From Patescibacteria group bacterium (lineage in GTDB: Bacteria > Patescibacteriota > Kazan-3B-28 > UBA10110): 64,000 nt of DNA. The DNA lies in contig JBAZXK010000001.1 in NCBI GenBank assembly GCA_041659905.1, positions 122,670-186,669 of the forward strand. Reading direction: 5' to 3'. The notes below the pieces were generated by a model. That model was not told the DNA's origin. It did no database searches and was given only the letters and a program-made list of their open reading frames with translations. Positions 25,398-35,200 of this stretch are shown piece by piece. Numbering within the stretch: position 1 is the stretch's first letter; each line of letters begins with the position of its first letter. Position numbers and translations under genes: made by a program.

Positions 25398-26789
25398 ATG
25401 GATAAATTAGTTCCTACAATTGGTCTGGAAATTCATGTGCAATTGGCGACTAAAAGCAAAATGTTTTGCCGGTGTGATAATAATGCGGAAGGCAAAGCCC
25501 CGAATACCGTGGTTTGTCCGGTGTGTATGGGGTTTCCGGGCACTCTGCCGGTAACCAATGTCGTGGCGGTGGAGTGGGGAGCGAAAGCGGCGCTCGCTTT
25601 GGGTTGCCAAATCAATGCTTTCCAACGCTTTGATCGTAAAAATTATTTCTATCCCGATTTGCCCAAGGGCTATCAAATCTCGCAATTTTTCTTCCCGGTA
25701 GGCGAGAATGGTAAAATTACTATTGATTATCTGCCGGAAACCGGCCAGGACAAGGCAGAATTTACTACGAGAATCAAACGCGTGCATTTAGAAGAAGATG
25801 CCGGCAAGTTAGTCCATGCCAAAGACAGCACCTTGGTTGATTTTAACCGCTGCGGCACGCCGCTTTTAGAAATCGTGACGGAGCCGGATATTCATAGTCC
25901 TAGGGAAGCCAAAGCCTTTATCCAGGAACTGCAAAGAATCGTGCGAGCGCTGGGAATCTCACAGGCGGATATGGAAAAAGGTCATTTGCGCGTAGATGCA
26001 AACATTTCCATGGCGCCAATTGGTAGTAAAACTTTAGGTACCCTGGTCGAATTAAAAAATATGAATTCTTTTCGTTTTGTTGAAAAAGCTCTCGACTATG
26101 AAGTGAACAGACAAACAGAAGTGATTCAAGGAGGCGGGAAAATCATTAAAGAAACGCGGGGATGGGACGAAAAGAATAACACCACTCTGGCCCAGCGCAG
26201 CAAGGAAGAATTCAACGATTATCGCTATTTCCCGGAACCGGATTTGCCTCCCATTGTGTTGATGGAGCTGGACATTAAAAAATGGCAGACTGAACTAGTT
26301 AATTTGCCGGCGGCTTTGCGCCAAGCGGCAGCAGAAAAAGGATTGTCCTATGGCAGGACAGTTGAATTGCAAGAAGCTGGCCAATTGGCGCGCTTGATCA
26401 ATTTATTACAAGTTGATGATATTAATTCCACACTAGCAGCTAATTGGATAGCCAAAACATGGACGGATGATAATCAACTGATCAATTTTTTGCAGACTAT
26501 CGAGCAACATAGTTTATCTACCGGTGAAGCCAATCAATTATACGGTTTAGCGAACAAATCCGGTCAACTTCCAGGAGAGTTAGTTGGTCAAATTGAAAAG
26601 ATTGATACCGCTACGATTGAAAAGGCGGTAGCTGAAGTGTTGGCGGTACACCCGGAGGCAGTGGTGGAATATAAAGCTGGAGAGAAAAAGGTAGTTGGGT
26701 TTTTGATGGGTCAAATTATGGCTCAATTACACGGAAAAGGTGACGCTGGGAGCATAAAATCTGTTTTAGAGGCTAAATTGACGGAATAG
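25398..26789 (+). CDS. gatB: Asp/Glu-tRNA amidotransferase subunit B
   Basis: IGLEIHVQL, FDRKNYFYPDLPKGYQISQ, HLEEDAGK, DYRYFPEPDLP. Confidence 0.98.
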   Translation: MDKLVPTIGLEIHVQLATKSKMFCRCDNNAEGKAPNTVVCPVCMGFPGTLPVTNVVAVEWGAKAALALGCQINAFQRFDRKNYFYPDLPKGYQISQFFFPVGENGKITIDYLPETGQDKAEFTTRIKRVHLEEDAGKLVHAKDSTLVDFNRCGTPLLEIVTEPDIHSPREAKAFIQELQRIVRALGISQADMEKGHLRVDANISMAPIGSKTLGTLVELKNMNSFRFVEKALDYEVNRQTEVIQGGGKIIKETRGWDEKNNTTLAQRSKEEFNDYRYFPEPDLPPIVLMELDIKKWQTELVNLPAALRQAAAEKGLSYGRTVELQEAGQLARLINLLQVDDINSTLAANWIAKTWTDDNQLINFLQTIEQHSLSTGEANQLYGLANKSGQLPGELVGQIEKIDTATIEKAVAEVLAVHPEAVVEYKAGEKKVVGFLMGQIMAQLHGKGDAGSIKSVLEAKLTE

Positions 26790-26806
26790 ATCATTTGTGG
26801 TATAAT
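26778..26806 (+). promoter_or_regulatory. Sigma70 promoter
   Basis: TTGACG-17-TATAAT with extended TG. Confidence 0.75.
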
Positions 26807-26835
26807 TAAAGGGAGTCAAAAAGGAGGGAACTTTA

Positions 26836-27240
26836 TTGGCTAATTTAGAAAAGATGGCTTCTGGAAACGAAAATCCTTACCATTCTCCGATCACTCCTGA
26901 ATTTTCTGGATCAAAAGAACCAGCGGGCAATAACGGGTTGGTTTCGGAATCACAAACAGAAATATCTCGACATGAAGCTGCCCCAATCGATATAGATGGA
27001 GAAAATGTTTTCCCGGAAGATGAAACGATCCAAGAGGGAATCCATTCAGATGACGCAGACGAACGGGAAATGGCCAAAACATTAGCCACCCGTTTTCATA
27101 AAAACAAAACCAGCCGGCTAGATTTAGATGTAGAACAATTATTTATATTGAGTGAAGCTGGTCTAATCGATATAACGCCACAGAAAATGACAGATTTGTT
27201 GACTAAACTAAAACATCAAGAAGAAGATCTGTTAAACTAA
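26836..27240 (+). CDS. Acidic hypothetical protein
   Basis: Own promoter and AAGGAGG SD before the TTG start. Confidence 0.65.
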   Translation: MANLEKMASGNENPYHSPITPEFSGSKEPAGNNGLVSESQTEISRHEAAPIDIDGENVFPEDETIQEGIHSDDADEREMAKTLATRFHKNKTSRLDLDVEQLFILSEAGLIDITPQKMTDLLTKLKHQEEDLLN

Positions 27241-27265
27241 AAGTAGGGATTAACTAAAACAAAAA

Positions 27266-29713
27266 ATGCTCTGGGGAGTAGTTATCACCATTCTAATTTT
27301 AGCCGGACTTGCTGTAGGCGGGTATTTTTTATCGAAGAATCGTAAGCAAAGCTCTGTCCGCCAACAGGCAGCTGCCGCTCTGAAAAGAAAACTCTTTCGG
27401 ATTACTGTTCCCAAGGGCGATCCGGAAACAGACAAAGCCAAAGAACTCAAAGACCTGATCGCCCCAGTCGAGGTGTTATTGCGCAACTTGCATGCGATGC
27501 AAGAAACTTTGCGCGGCGAGTACCTTACCCTAGAAATATTAGCTACCCAAGGATTTATCTCATTCTATGCCAGCGTACCGGGCGCACTGGCATCGTTATT
27601 GGAGAGACAAATTACAGCTCAGTATTCTGAAGCCACAGTGGAAGAAGTGGACGATCCCAATATTTTCCCTAAACAATGCGCTACCGCCGCTGTGCAGCTA
27701 GCTTTGAAGAAAGACTTCGTTTTTCCTATTCGAACTTACAAAACTTTCGAGACTGATACGCTCAATGCGCTGACTAATGCTTTGAGTAAATTAAACGAGA
27801 GCGCCGAGGGGGCCGGAGTGCAGATTTTAGTTCGTCCGGTGGACGATAAATGGCAAAAGAAGGGACAATTTGTCGCTAGCCAAATGAAGGCAGGCAAATT
27901 TTCTGATGATTCGTTGGCTCAAGGCGTGCTGAAGGGGATTGGAGGATTGTTAGTGCCCGGGGCAAGTAAAACCAACGATAAATCCAAACCAGAAGAGCTT
28001 AAACCGCTGACATCGGCCCAAGAAAAAATTATTCAAACGATTGGCGAAAAAGCGGCTCAGCCAGGTTTTGAAGTAGTCATCCGGTTAGTCACAGCCGCAG
28101 CTACTCCCGAAAATGCCAAAATTAACTTAAATAATATCCTGAGTAGTTTTAGCCAATTTACTTCCGAGACCAACAGATTTACTATCGCCAAGTTGCCAGA
28201 AGAAAAAGTGATGACACAGTTTATTTTCCGGTTATTCAGTTTAGGTAAGCCGGATATTCTCAACACCGAGGAAGTGGCCTCACTCTGGCATTTGCCGACA
28301 GCCCGGCTAGAAACGCCAAATATCCGCTGGATGCGCGCCAAGAAACTACCGCCGCCCAGTAACTTACCAAAAGAGGGGATTACCTTAGGAAAAAGCGTCT
28401 ATCGGGGAGTAGAAGCGATCATTAAAATGGAAGATGATGATCGGCGCCGGCATATCTATTGCATTGGTAAAACCGGGACGGGGAAAACTACTTGGATGCA
28501 GAATTTAGCTTACCAAGATATTATGGCCGGCAAGGGCGTCTGTGTCGTAGATCCGCATGGCGATATGGCTGATTGGTTGCTGGCGCGTATTCCGAAAGAA
28601 CGTGTGGATGACGTGATCTTGTTTTATCCTCCTGATCTTGATCGTCCCATGGGACTCAATATGTTAGAAGCCAAAACTTCTGCGCAAAAACAGGAAGTCG
28701 TTGCCCAATTGATTGCTATTTTCTATAAATTATTCGATCCTACTGGCAGCAATCAAATCATCGGCCCGATGTTCGAGCATTACATGCGTAATGCCATGCT
28801 CGCTCTCTTGGCGGATGACGAAAACGGAACTACTCTCGTAGAAATCCCGCGCATGTTCACAGACACCGAATTTCGCAATCAAAAGCTGGCTAAAGTGACA
28901 GATCCGGTGGTTAAACAATTCTGGTTGCAAGAATATGCCCAATCGCAACGCGGTCAGCAGTCGGCGGATATGTTGAGCTATGTGGTTAGCAAAATCGGCC
29001 GGTTTATCAGTAACGATATGATGCGGAATATTGTCGGGCAGACTAAGTCGGCCTTTGATCTGCGCGATATTATGGATAATAAGAAAATTCTGCTAATCAA
29101 TTTGGCCAAAGGCCTGACGGGAGATATCAACAGCAACCTGCTCGGATTTATTTTGGTGTCTAAGATTCAGATGGCCGCTTTATCACGGGCAGATATTCCG
29201 GAAAGTGAGCGCCAAGATTTTTATTTGTATATTGATGAGTTCCAAAATGTAACCACGGATTCAATTTCCATTATCTTATCAGAAGCCCGCAAATATCATT
29301 TAAATTTAATCGTCGCGCATCAGTTTGTGGCACAGTTGGATGAAAAGATCCGTGAGGCGGTTTTGGGAAATGTGGGGACTATGGTAAGCTTTACTATTGG
29401 CGCTACGGATGTGGAGGTGGTCGGCAAGCAATTTGCCCCGGAAGTGAGCGCCAATGACCTGATTAACATCGAAAATCGCAACGCCTATATTAAATTATTG
29501 ATTGATGGGGCAGTCAGCAAGCCATTTAACTTAACTGCGCTGCCGCCGATGGGGGAGGCCAGACCAAAAGTGGCGCAAGCCCTGAAGAATTTGTCCCGCT
29601 TGAAATATGGCCGGGATCGGAGAATAGTAGAGACAGAAATTATCCGGCGTAATCAGCTTCCGCCCAAATCAGCTAATCCACCTAAAACAGGGGATAAACC
29701 TACTTCTGTCTAA
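27266..29713 (+). CDS. VirD4/TraG-like (DUF87) membrane-anchored ATPase, paralog 2
   Basis: TM, GKTGTGKT, VDPHGD, YIDEFQN, SEARKY; alignable by eye to 16088-18979. Confidence 0.85.
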   Translation: MLWGVVITILILAGLAVGGYFLSKNRKQSSVRQQAAAALKRKLFRITVPKGDPETDKAKELKDLIAPVEVLLRNLHAMQETLRGEYLTLEILATQGFISFYASVPGALASLLERQITAQYSEATVEEVDDPNIFPKQCATAAVQLALKKDFVFPIRTYKTFETDTLNALTNALSKLNESAEGAGVQILVRPVDDKWQKKGQFVASQMKAGKFSDDSLAQGVLKGIGGLLVPGASKTNDKSKPEELKPLTSAQEKIIQTIGEKAAQPGFEVVIRLVTAAATPENAKINLNNILSSFSQFTSETNRFTIAKLPEEKVMTQFIFRLFSLGKPDILNTEEVASLWHLPTARLETPNIRWMRAKKLPPPSNLPKEGITLGKSVYRGVEAIIKMEDDDRRRHIYCIGKTGTGKTTWMQNLAYQDIMAGKGVCVVDPHGDMADWLLARIPKERVDDVILFYPPDLDRPMGLNMLEAKTSAQKQEVVAQLIAIFYKLFDPTGSNQIIGPMFEHYMRNAMLALLADDENGTTLVEIPRMFTDTEFRNQKLAKVTDPVVKQFWLQEYAQSQRGQQSADMLSYVVSKIGRFISNDMMRNIVGQTKSAFDLRDIMDNKKILLINLAKGLTGDINSNLLGFILVSKIQMAALSRADIPESERQDFYLYIDEFQNVTTDSISIILSEARKYHLNLIVAHQFVAQLDEKIREAVLGNVGTMVSFTIGATDVEVVGKQFAPEVSANDLINIENRNAYIKLLIDGAVSKPFNLTALPPMGEARPKVAQALKNLSRLKYGRDRRIVETEIIRRNQLPPKSANPPKTGDKPTSV

Positions 29714-29722
29714 GTAAAAATA

Positions 29723-29751
29723 TTGCCAAAAATCACCTAAGGGTGTATAAT
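29723..29751 (+). promoter_or_regulatory. Sigma70 promoter
   Basis: TTGCCA-17-TATAAT. Confidence 0.75.
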
Positions 29752-29790
29752 TATATAGTCTGAGAGCATAAAAATAAACATTTTAAAGAT

Positions 29791-30324
29791 ATGACTGCCA
29801 ACAAACAGCTCGAAAAACTGAGGGGACTCGTAGAAACAGCTTCGGCTAATATTGCCGCCGCAAAACAGATTTTAGCAGATTTATTAGGAACTTCGGTTTC
29901 GGAATTGGATTATCAAAATAAGGCTGGCGGTTTGAATACGGACGGCAAAGTGATCGAGGGCGTCTTTGACGGCCAGTATATGATCGATAAAGAAGGCAAG
30001 AAGTACCCAGTGCCGGCTAACTATGCTAGCAAGTCTAAATTAGTGGCTGGAGACGTGCTGAAGCTAACTATTGCAGACGATGGTTCGTTTATTTATAAAC
30101 AAATCGGGCCAATAGCCCGCAAGAAGATTATCGGCACTTTACTGCATGAAAATGATGAATACAAAGTGGTCGCGGGCGGAAAATCGTACAAGGTGCTCTT
30201 AGCTTCGGTCACTTACTTTAAATTGAATCCGGGAGATGAATTAACGATTTTAGTGCCCGAAAAAGATGATACAGAATGGGCGGCGATCGAAAGTGCCATT
30301 ATCGAACCGACTAAAACCGCCTAA
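29791..30324 (+). CDS. Conserved hypothetical protein (CPR-type)
   Basis: IEGVFDG..YPVPANYASKSKLV.GD.LKLTI..DGSFIYKQIGP, recognised from memory as a recurrent CPR family; function unknown. Confidence 0.8.
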   Translation: MTANKQLEKLRGLVETASANIAAAKQILADLLGTSVSELDYQNKAGGLNTDGKVIEGVFDGQYMIDKEGKKYPVPANYASKSKLVAGDVLKLTIADDGSFIYKQIGPIARKKIIGTLLHENDEYKVVAGGKSYKVLLASVTYFKLNPGDELTILVPEKDDTEWAAIESAIIEPTKTA

Positions 30325-30351
30325 GCCCGTAATAGATATCAAATAGACCTA

Positions 30352-30379
30352 ATGTCGCACAAGATACATTGTGCGACAT
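30352..30379. other. Candidate dif (Xer recombination) site
   Basis: ATGTCGCACAA-GATACA-TTGTGCGACAT: perfect 11-6-11 inverted repeat, located at the gene-orientation switch. Confidence 0.7.
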
Positions 30380-30391
30380 GTTAGATTCATT

Positions 30392-30658
30392 CCCCCTTTC
30401 TTTATTTTGGGTAAGTAGATTATGATGTGATTGAATAAATCGATGGGACTTAGCAGCCTGATCGGAATAGCGAAATCCGATCAGGCGCGCCCTTCGCCCT
30501 TGAACCTTGTACGCGGTTTGGCAGTACAAATAAAAACTTAGCCTCGGTAGGGAGAAGGGAGGCCCTGTATCCCCCCTTACTCCCTCCGAGGTGCCCCTAA
30601 CTAAACAAAGCCACCCCCACCCAAATAATGGGGCCCTGTCGCATCCTTTGCGACAGGG
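30392..30658 (-). ncRNA. Candidate structured RNA or folded ssDNA element, family unknown
   Basis: Long closing helix plus three internal hairpins; several mismatches become G.U pairs only on the minus strand. Confidence 0.55.
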
Positions 30659-30681
30659 TGTTTTTAAAATCAAAACTTGAC

Positions 30682-30709
30682 GGTATACATCATGTATATT
30701 ACTGTTAAA
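30682..30709. other. Second, degenerate dif-like sequence
   Basis: GGTATACATCA-TGTATA-TTACTGTTAAA versus E. coli dif GGTGCGCATAA-TGTATA-TTATGTTAAAT. Confidence 0.4.
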
Positions 30710-30734
30710 AAATTTTAGATAACCGGAAAACGGA

Positions 30735-31502
30735 TTACCAATTAAAGTCAGGTTGTTCTAAAGGATTTTGGTTGTCGGTATAAAATTGGTTGGCGGGAGC
30801 CGCCGGAATAATCACATTCCCCCATTCCGTGTCAAAAAGTGGAACGGGATTTATGGCAGTGCGACTATCCTGCTTCGACTCGGAAGCGAGGCGAGCTTTT
30901 TTAATTAAATCTACTTGAAAATGCAAATGCGGATTGACTGTACCAGTTTTGCCTAAATGGCCGAGTAGATCCCCTACTTTAACCTGTTGGTTTTTCTTCA
31001 CGGAAATATTTTGCAGATGACCGTAAGTAATCTGGTAACCATCACCAGAATCGATAATTACAGTATTTCCAATTTTTTTACCGGCGAAAATGACTTTTCC
31101 GGTAGAAGCAGAAACCACTTCTATCCCCTCTCTCCCGGCAAAATCAATCCCATTATGGCGGTCGCCCCATTCGGGATATTTCACATTGTAAGGCTGTTTA
31201 ATGGCCTCTAACGCCCCGAACCAGCCATAAACGAACCAAGTATCGGTTTCGGGATTTCCAGCTACAAATTGGCTATTCTGAATGCCGAATTTAATTTCGC
31301 TTATGCCTGCAGTCCAAACTATTCCAGGGGTCTGATCATCTACACTACTCCAACGAGAAGCTGTGTTAAAAGGCAAGGATAGTTCCAGTAGAGGTAATTC
31401 TGTTATTGCATTAATTTGGCTGGCCTGGGAAGGTAAAACAAAATTGGGCCAGAAAACTATGCCCAAAGCTAGCCAAAATGTAACTAACAGCCGTTTATTC
31501 AT
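30735..31502 (-). CDS. M23 family metallopeptidase
   Basis: HNGIDF, YGHL, PHLHFQV motifs; signal peptide. Confidence 0.9.
   Translation of the reverse strand: MNKRLLVTFWLALGIVFWPNFVLPSQASQINAITELPLLELSLPFNTASRWSSVDDQTPGIVWTAGISEIKFGIQNSQFVAGNPETDTWFVYGWFGALEAIKQPYNVKYPEWGDRHNGIDFAGREGIEVVSASTGKVIFAGKKIGNTVIIDSGDGYQITYGHLQNISVKKNQQVKVGDLLGHLGKTGTVNPHLHFQVDLIKKARLASESKQDSRTAINPVPLFDTEWGNVIIPAAPANQFYTDNQNPLEQPDFNW
30869..30896. repeat. Short palindromic element in-frame in the M23 gene
   Basis: cctgcttcgactcggaagcgaggcgagc, read as ARLASESKQ between HLHFQV and AINP. Confidence 0.55.
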
Positions 31503-31627
31503 AAGAAGCTACCTTATCAGAAAACCAGCTCCCAGTCAATGAAAATATTGATATTTCCGCCAAATTGTTTTATTATCTGTTTATCACTGATTCTTGACAG
31601 CAAAATTTTTTGAAGGAGTGTGACGAA

Positions 31628-31780
31628 ATGTTCACGCAAAATAATCCTGACCAATTCGAACCTGGCAGGCCAAAAGGTCACAAAAACTTGTCACCCTGCC
31701 GCTCGTCCGGCTGTATGACCGATATTCTTGGGATATTTGTGCTTTTACTGCTAATACTAGCAGCGATACTGCTGGGATGA
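31628..31780 (+). CDS. 50-aa membrane microprotein (absent from the ORF track)
   Basis: GAAGGAG SD; MFTQNNPDQFEPGRPKGHKNLSPCRSSGCMTDILGIFVLLLLILAAILLG. Confidence 0.55.
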   Translation: MFTQNNPDQFEPGRPKGHKNLSPCRSSGCMTDILGIFVLLLLILAAILLG

Positions 31781-31794
31781 AAAGGAGACGGTGA

Positions 31795-31995
31795 ATGGAC
31801 ATTGTTCATATTGGTATTATTGCCGCGATGGCGATCGTGATCATCTGGGGGTTCGGTTGGTATTTGCTTATAAAAGCAAAACAGCGGAAATCAATCAAGG
31901 ACGCCAACGCGAGGCAGTGCAAATACAAAATCAACCCCGAACCTGGAGCCAAGCCTCCCGAACCTTTTCCTAAACAAATCCGCCAGAAGGAGTGA
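31795..31995 (+). CDS. Small membrane protein
   Basis: AAGGAG SD; N-terminal TM. Confidence 0.6.
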   Translation: MDIVHIGIIAAMAIVIIWGFGWYLLIKAKQRKSIKDANARQCKYKINPEPGAKPPEPFPKQIRQKE

Positions 31996-32002
31996 TGATT
32001 TT

Positions 32003-32239
32003 ATGTCGCAAGATCAAAACGCGAATGCGACCAAAAAACAACACATTGAGGTTTTTCATGGTGACCATGTGGAAAGCGAAGCCAATCACTGGATAAAAAA
32101 TAATCCACAATGGTTTGCTAAGGATATTAGCCTGAGCCATACAGTTAGCTCCACCATGGAGACGACAGACTTGAACGTTCCCTATACTGTAGTAGAATCT
32201 AGTCCCGTATTGGCTATTCTATTTGAGTCTGTCGAATAG
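32003..32239 (+). CDS. Small orphan protein
   Basis: GAAGGAG SD; last gene before a terminator. Confidence 0.6.
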   Translation: MSQDQNANATKKQHIEVFHGDHVESEANHWIKNNPQWFAKDISLSHTVSSTMETTDLNVPYTVVESSPVLAILFESVE

Positions 32240-32273
32240 AAAGCAATGTCCCAAAAACGCTTATTTTCTTTCC

Positions 32274-32297
32274 AGGCCCACACTATGTGGGCTTTTT
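32274..32297 (+). terminator. Intrinsic terminator
   Basis: aggcccaca-cta-tgtgggctttt. Confidence 0.75.
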
Positions 32298-35200
32298 ATT
32301 TTAACAACTGAATAACTTTTTTTAAGGAAGATAACCAGTGTTCGCCTAAAGCCGATAAAGGAATTTTGATAGTTTTTTCGGTTATTTTCCCATTCAAATT
32401 ACTAATAGCGTTCAGAATGTTGCTGTCTTTCACTACCGTATTTAAAATGACACTGATAATCTGTTCGGGGGTTCGTCTAATCCCCGCTTCGTTGCGCGAT
32501 AACATCGAGACAACTTTTTGGGTTTCTAATGCCGTGATTTTCAAATCGATCAATTCGAACAGATTCAACACTTCTTTTGGCAGTTTGCCGAATTTGACTT
32601 CTAACTCTGCGGCGGCGTCTTTTAATTCGTTGATCGTTTCGACTAAAGCCAATTGTTGATAGGTTTTGATCCGCTGAGCCTCATTGTCGATATAGGTAGC
32701 CGGGAGATAGGCCGAAATGGGCAAATCTACTGTGATGGTATCTACTCGCGGTTTGTAGCCGGTTTTTAATTCTTCAATCGCTCGGTTAAGGAGTTTAGTG
32801 TACATCGTTAACCCAATGGCGCTGATATGGCCATGCTGTTTTTTCGACAGCACTCCGCCAGCTCCCCGGATCTGCAAATCCCGGAGGGCTATCTGATACC
32901 CGCTCCCTAGTTCTGTGTGTCCTGCAATGGTTCTAAGCCGTTCCAGGGCCTTTCCGGCCAGCTTCCCGGGATGGTAATAGAAATAGGCGTGAGCCTGAAC
33001 TTTACCGCGCCCGATCCGGCCGCGCAGCTGGTGCAATTGAGATAGGCCGAAATGGCTAGAATTATCTACGATCAATGTATTTACATTCGGATTATCTAGC
33101 CCGTTTTCGATAATAGTGCTGGCCACTAAAACATCATATTTGCCGGCGCTAAAATCTTCCATAATTTTTGCGAGTAGGCGTTCCGGCATTTGTCCATGGG
33201 CATATACAAACCGCACTTCCGGCAAAACTTCCTCAAGTTTATTAGTCATTGAGGCGATGGTTGCCACGCGGTTATGCACAAAATAAATCTGTCCGCCGCG
33301 TTTAATTTCCTGTAAAACCGCATCCTTCACCGCATCCATATCAAAAGGCGCCACCGTAGTTTGAATAGGCAGGCGATTAACCGGCGGAGTGTCGATCGTA
33401 CTAATATCGCGGATGCCGGATAGGGCCAAGTTAAGCGTGCGCGGAATCGGGGTAGCCGTCATACTTAAAACATCCACTTCCGCTCGCATCATTTTTAACT
33501 TTTCTTTATGGCGGACACCAAAGCGCTGTTCCTCGTCGACAATAATCAATCCTAGGTTGGCAAATTTAACATCTTTTGAAAGCAACCGATGGGTGCCGAT
33601 CACAATATCGATTTCGCGAGTCTTTAATCCTACTAAGACGCGTTTTTGTTCAGTTTGTGAGCGGAAACGGCTCAGCGCAGCAATGTTAACGCCAAAAGGC
33701 GCTAATCGTTCCGTAAATGTTTTTAAATGCTGTTCTACTAAAATGGTAGTAGGAGCCAAGAAGGCCACTTGGAATCCGGAAGTAACTGCTTTAAAGGCGG
33801 CCCGGATAGCTACTTCCGTTTTACCAAAGCCCACATCGGCTACCAGTAACCGGTCCATCGGTTTAGACTGTTCCATATCACCCAAAATTTCTTGGATAAC
33901 TTGTTCTTGGTCGGGGGTTTCTTGATAAGAAAAAGAATCGGATAAAGCCTTTTCCCAAAACTCCGGACTGTCGAAAGAAATCCCCTCTTTCAGCGCCCGT
34001 TTGGCGTACAAATCTAGTAGTTCTTTCGCAAACTCTTGGGATTCTTTGCGGATCTGGCTGACTAAGCGTTTCCAACTTTGCGAATTCAGTTTGGATAAAG
34101 TCGGTTTTTCGCCGGCCGGTGAAATATACTTACTGATCTTATCGATCTGATCCATCGGGGCATAGATTTTATCTGCCCCCGCATATTTAATGATTAAATA
34201 TTCTCGGGCGACGCCGTTTACCGTCATTGTCGAGATATCAATGAGCTTACCGATACCATAATCGACATGCACTACGTAATCGCCTTTTTCAATTTGGGCT
34301 AAAAAGGCCAGCTGTCGTTTTTTTGGTGTCGGTTTGGTAGTAGCAGATTTTTCCACAATCGGAGAAAAAATTTCTTTATCAGTCAATAAGATAGTTTTTA
34401 AAGACGGACTCATAAATCCGTCGACATGCAAAGCCGGGGTGATGATTACCGACTGATCAGAAATTTCGCGATCAAATTTAATATCATTATCAGTTAGGGC
34501 GGGTAAGATCTGAGCTTCTTTGTTGGTGGTAAGAATAATTTGCCAACCCTCGTCGGTATATTTAGTTACCTCATGAATTAGTCGGTTTAAATCATTGGCG
34601 AATAAGGGGGCTTCAGTTAGATCAAACCGGACTGAGTTTTTTTCGTCAGCGGCTATATTAACAAGATGCCAGGCCGCCAAACCCTCGAGTTGTTTACTGA
34701 TAGTGGTTAAAATACCGTTGTCGCGTTGACTGTCATTGCTTTGGTAAAGCTCATATAATAATTGGAATAACTCGTCAGCTTGATCGAAAACTAAAATATA
34801 ATCTGTCGAATGAGCTTCGATCACATCCAGTAAATAATTGCTCATCTTTTCATTTTTCAATGAGGATACGGTAATTTCGGTGCGGGCCGATCCAGTTTTG
34901 TTATTTACTGGGTCAAAATCGACGATACTGGTGATAGTATCTCCGGAAAATTCTAAGCGCACCGGGGAAGCAAAGTTAACCGGATAAATATCTAAAATTC
35001 CACCCCGCATGGCAATTTCTCCCGCCTGAAAAACTTTTTGCTGGCGATCGTAACCGGCAGCAATGAGGGCAGCTAGGATTTCTTCTGGGTTTTTATTTTG
35101 ATTAATTTCGAGAGTGAGAATCTGTGCCGGATTAGTCAGAGGTTCGATCAGCGCCTGCACGGAGAAGATGAACAAACCGGGTTCGCCATTTTTTAAGGCA

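Noticed and set aside
30490-30510. 6S RNA call from CCCTTGAACC
   Set aside because: The motif recalls 6S, but the fold is multibranched and G.U evidence favours the other strand; it cannot be assigned without an Rfam search.
30311-30673. 120-aa minus-strand ORF
   Set aside because: It runs through hairpins and the dif candidate; composition is not protein-like.
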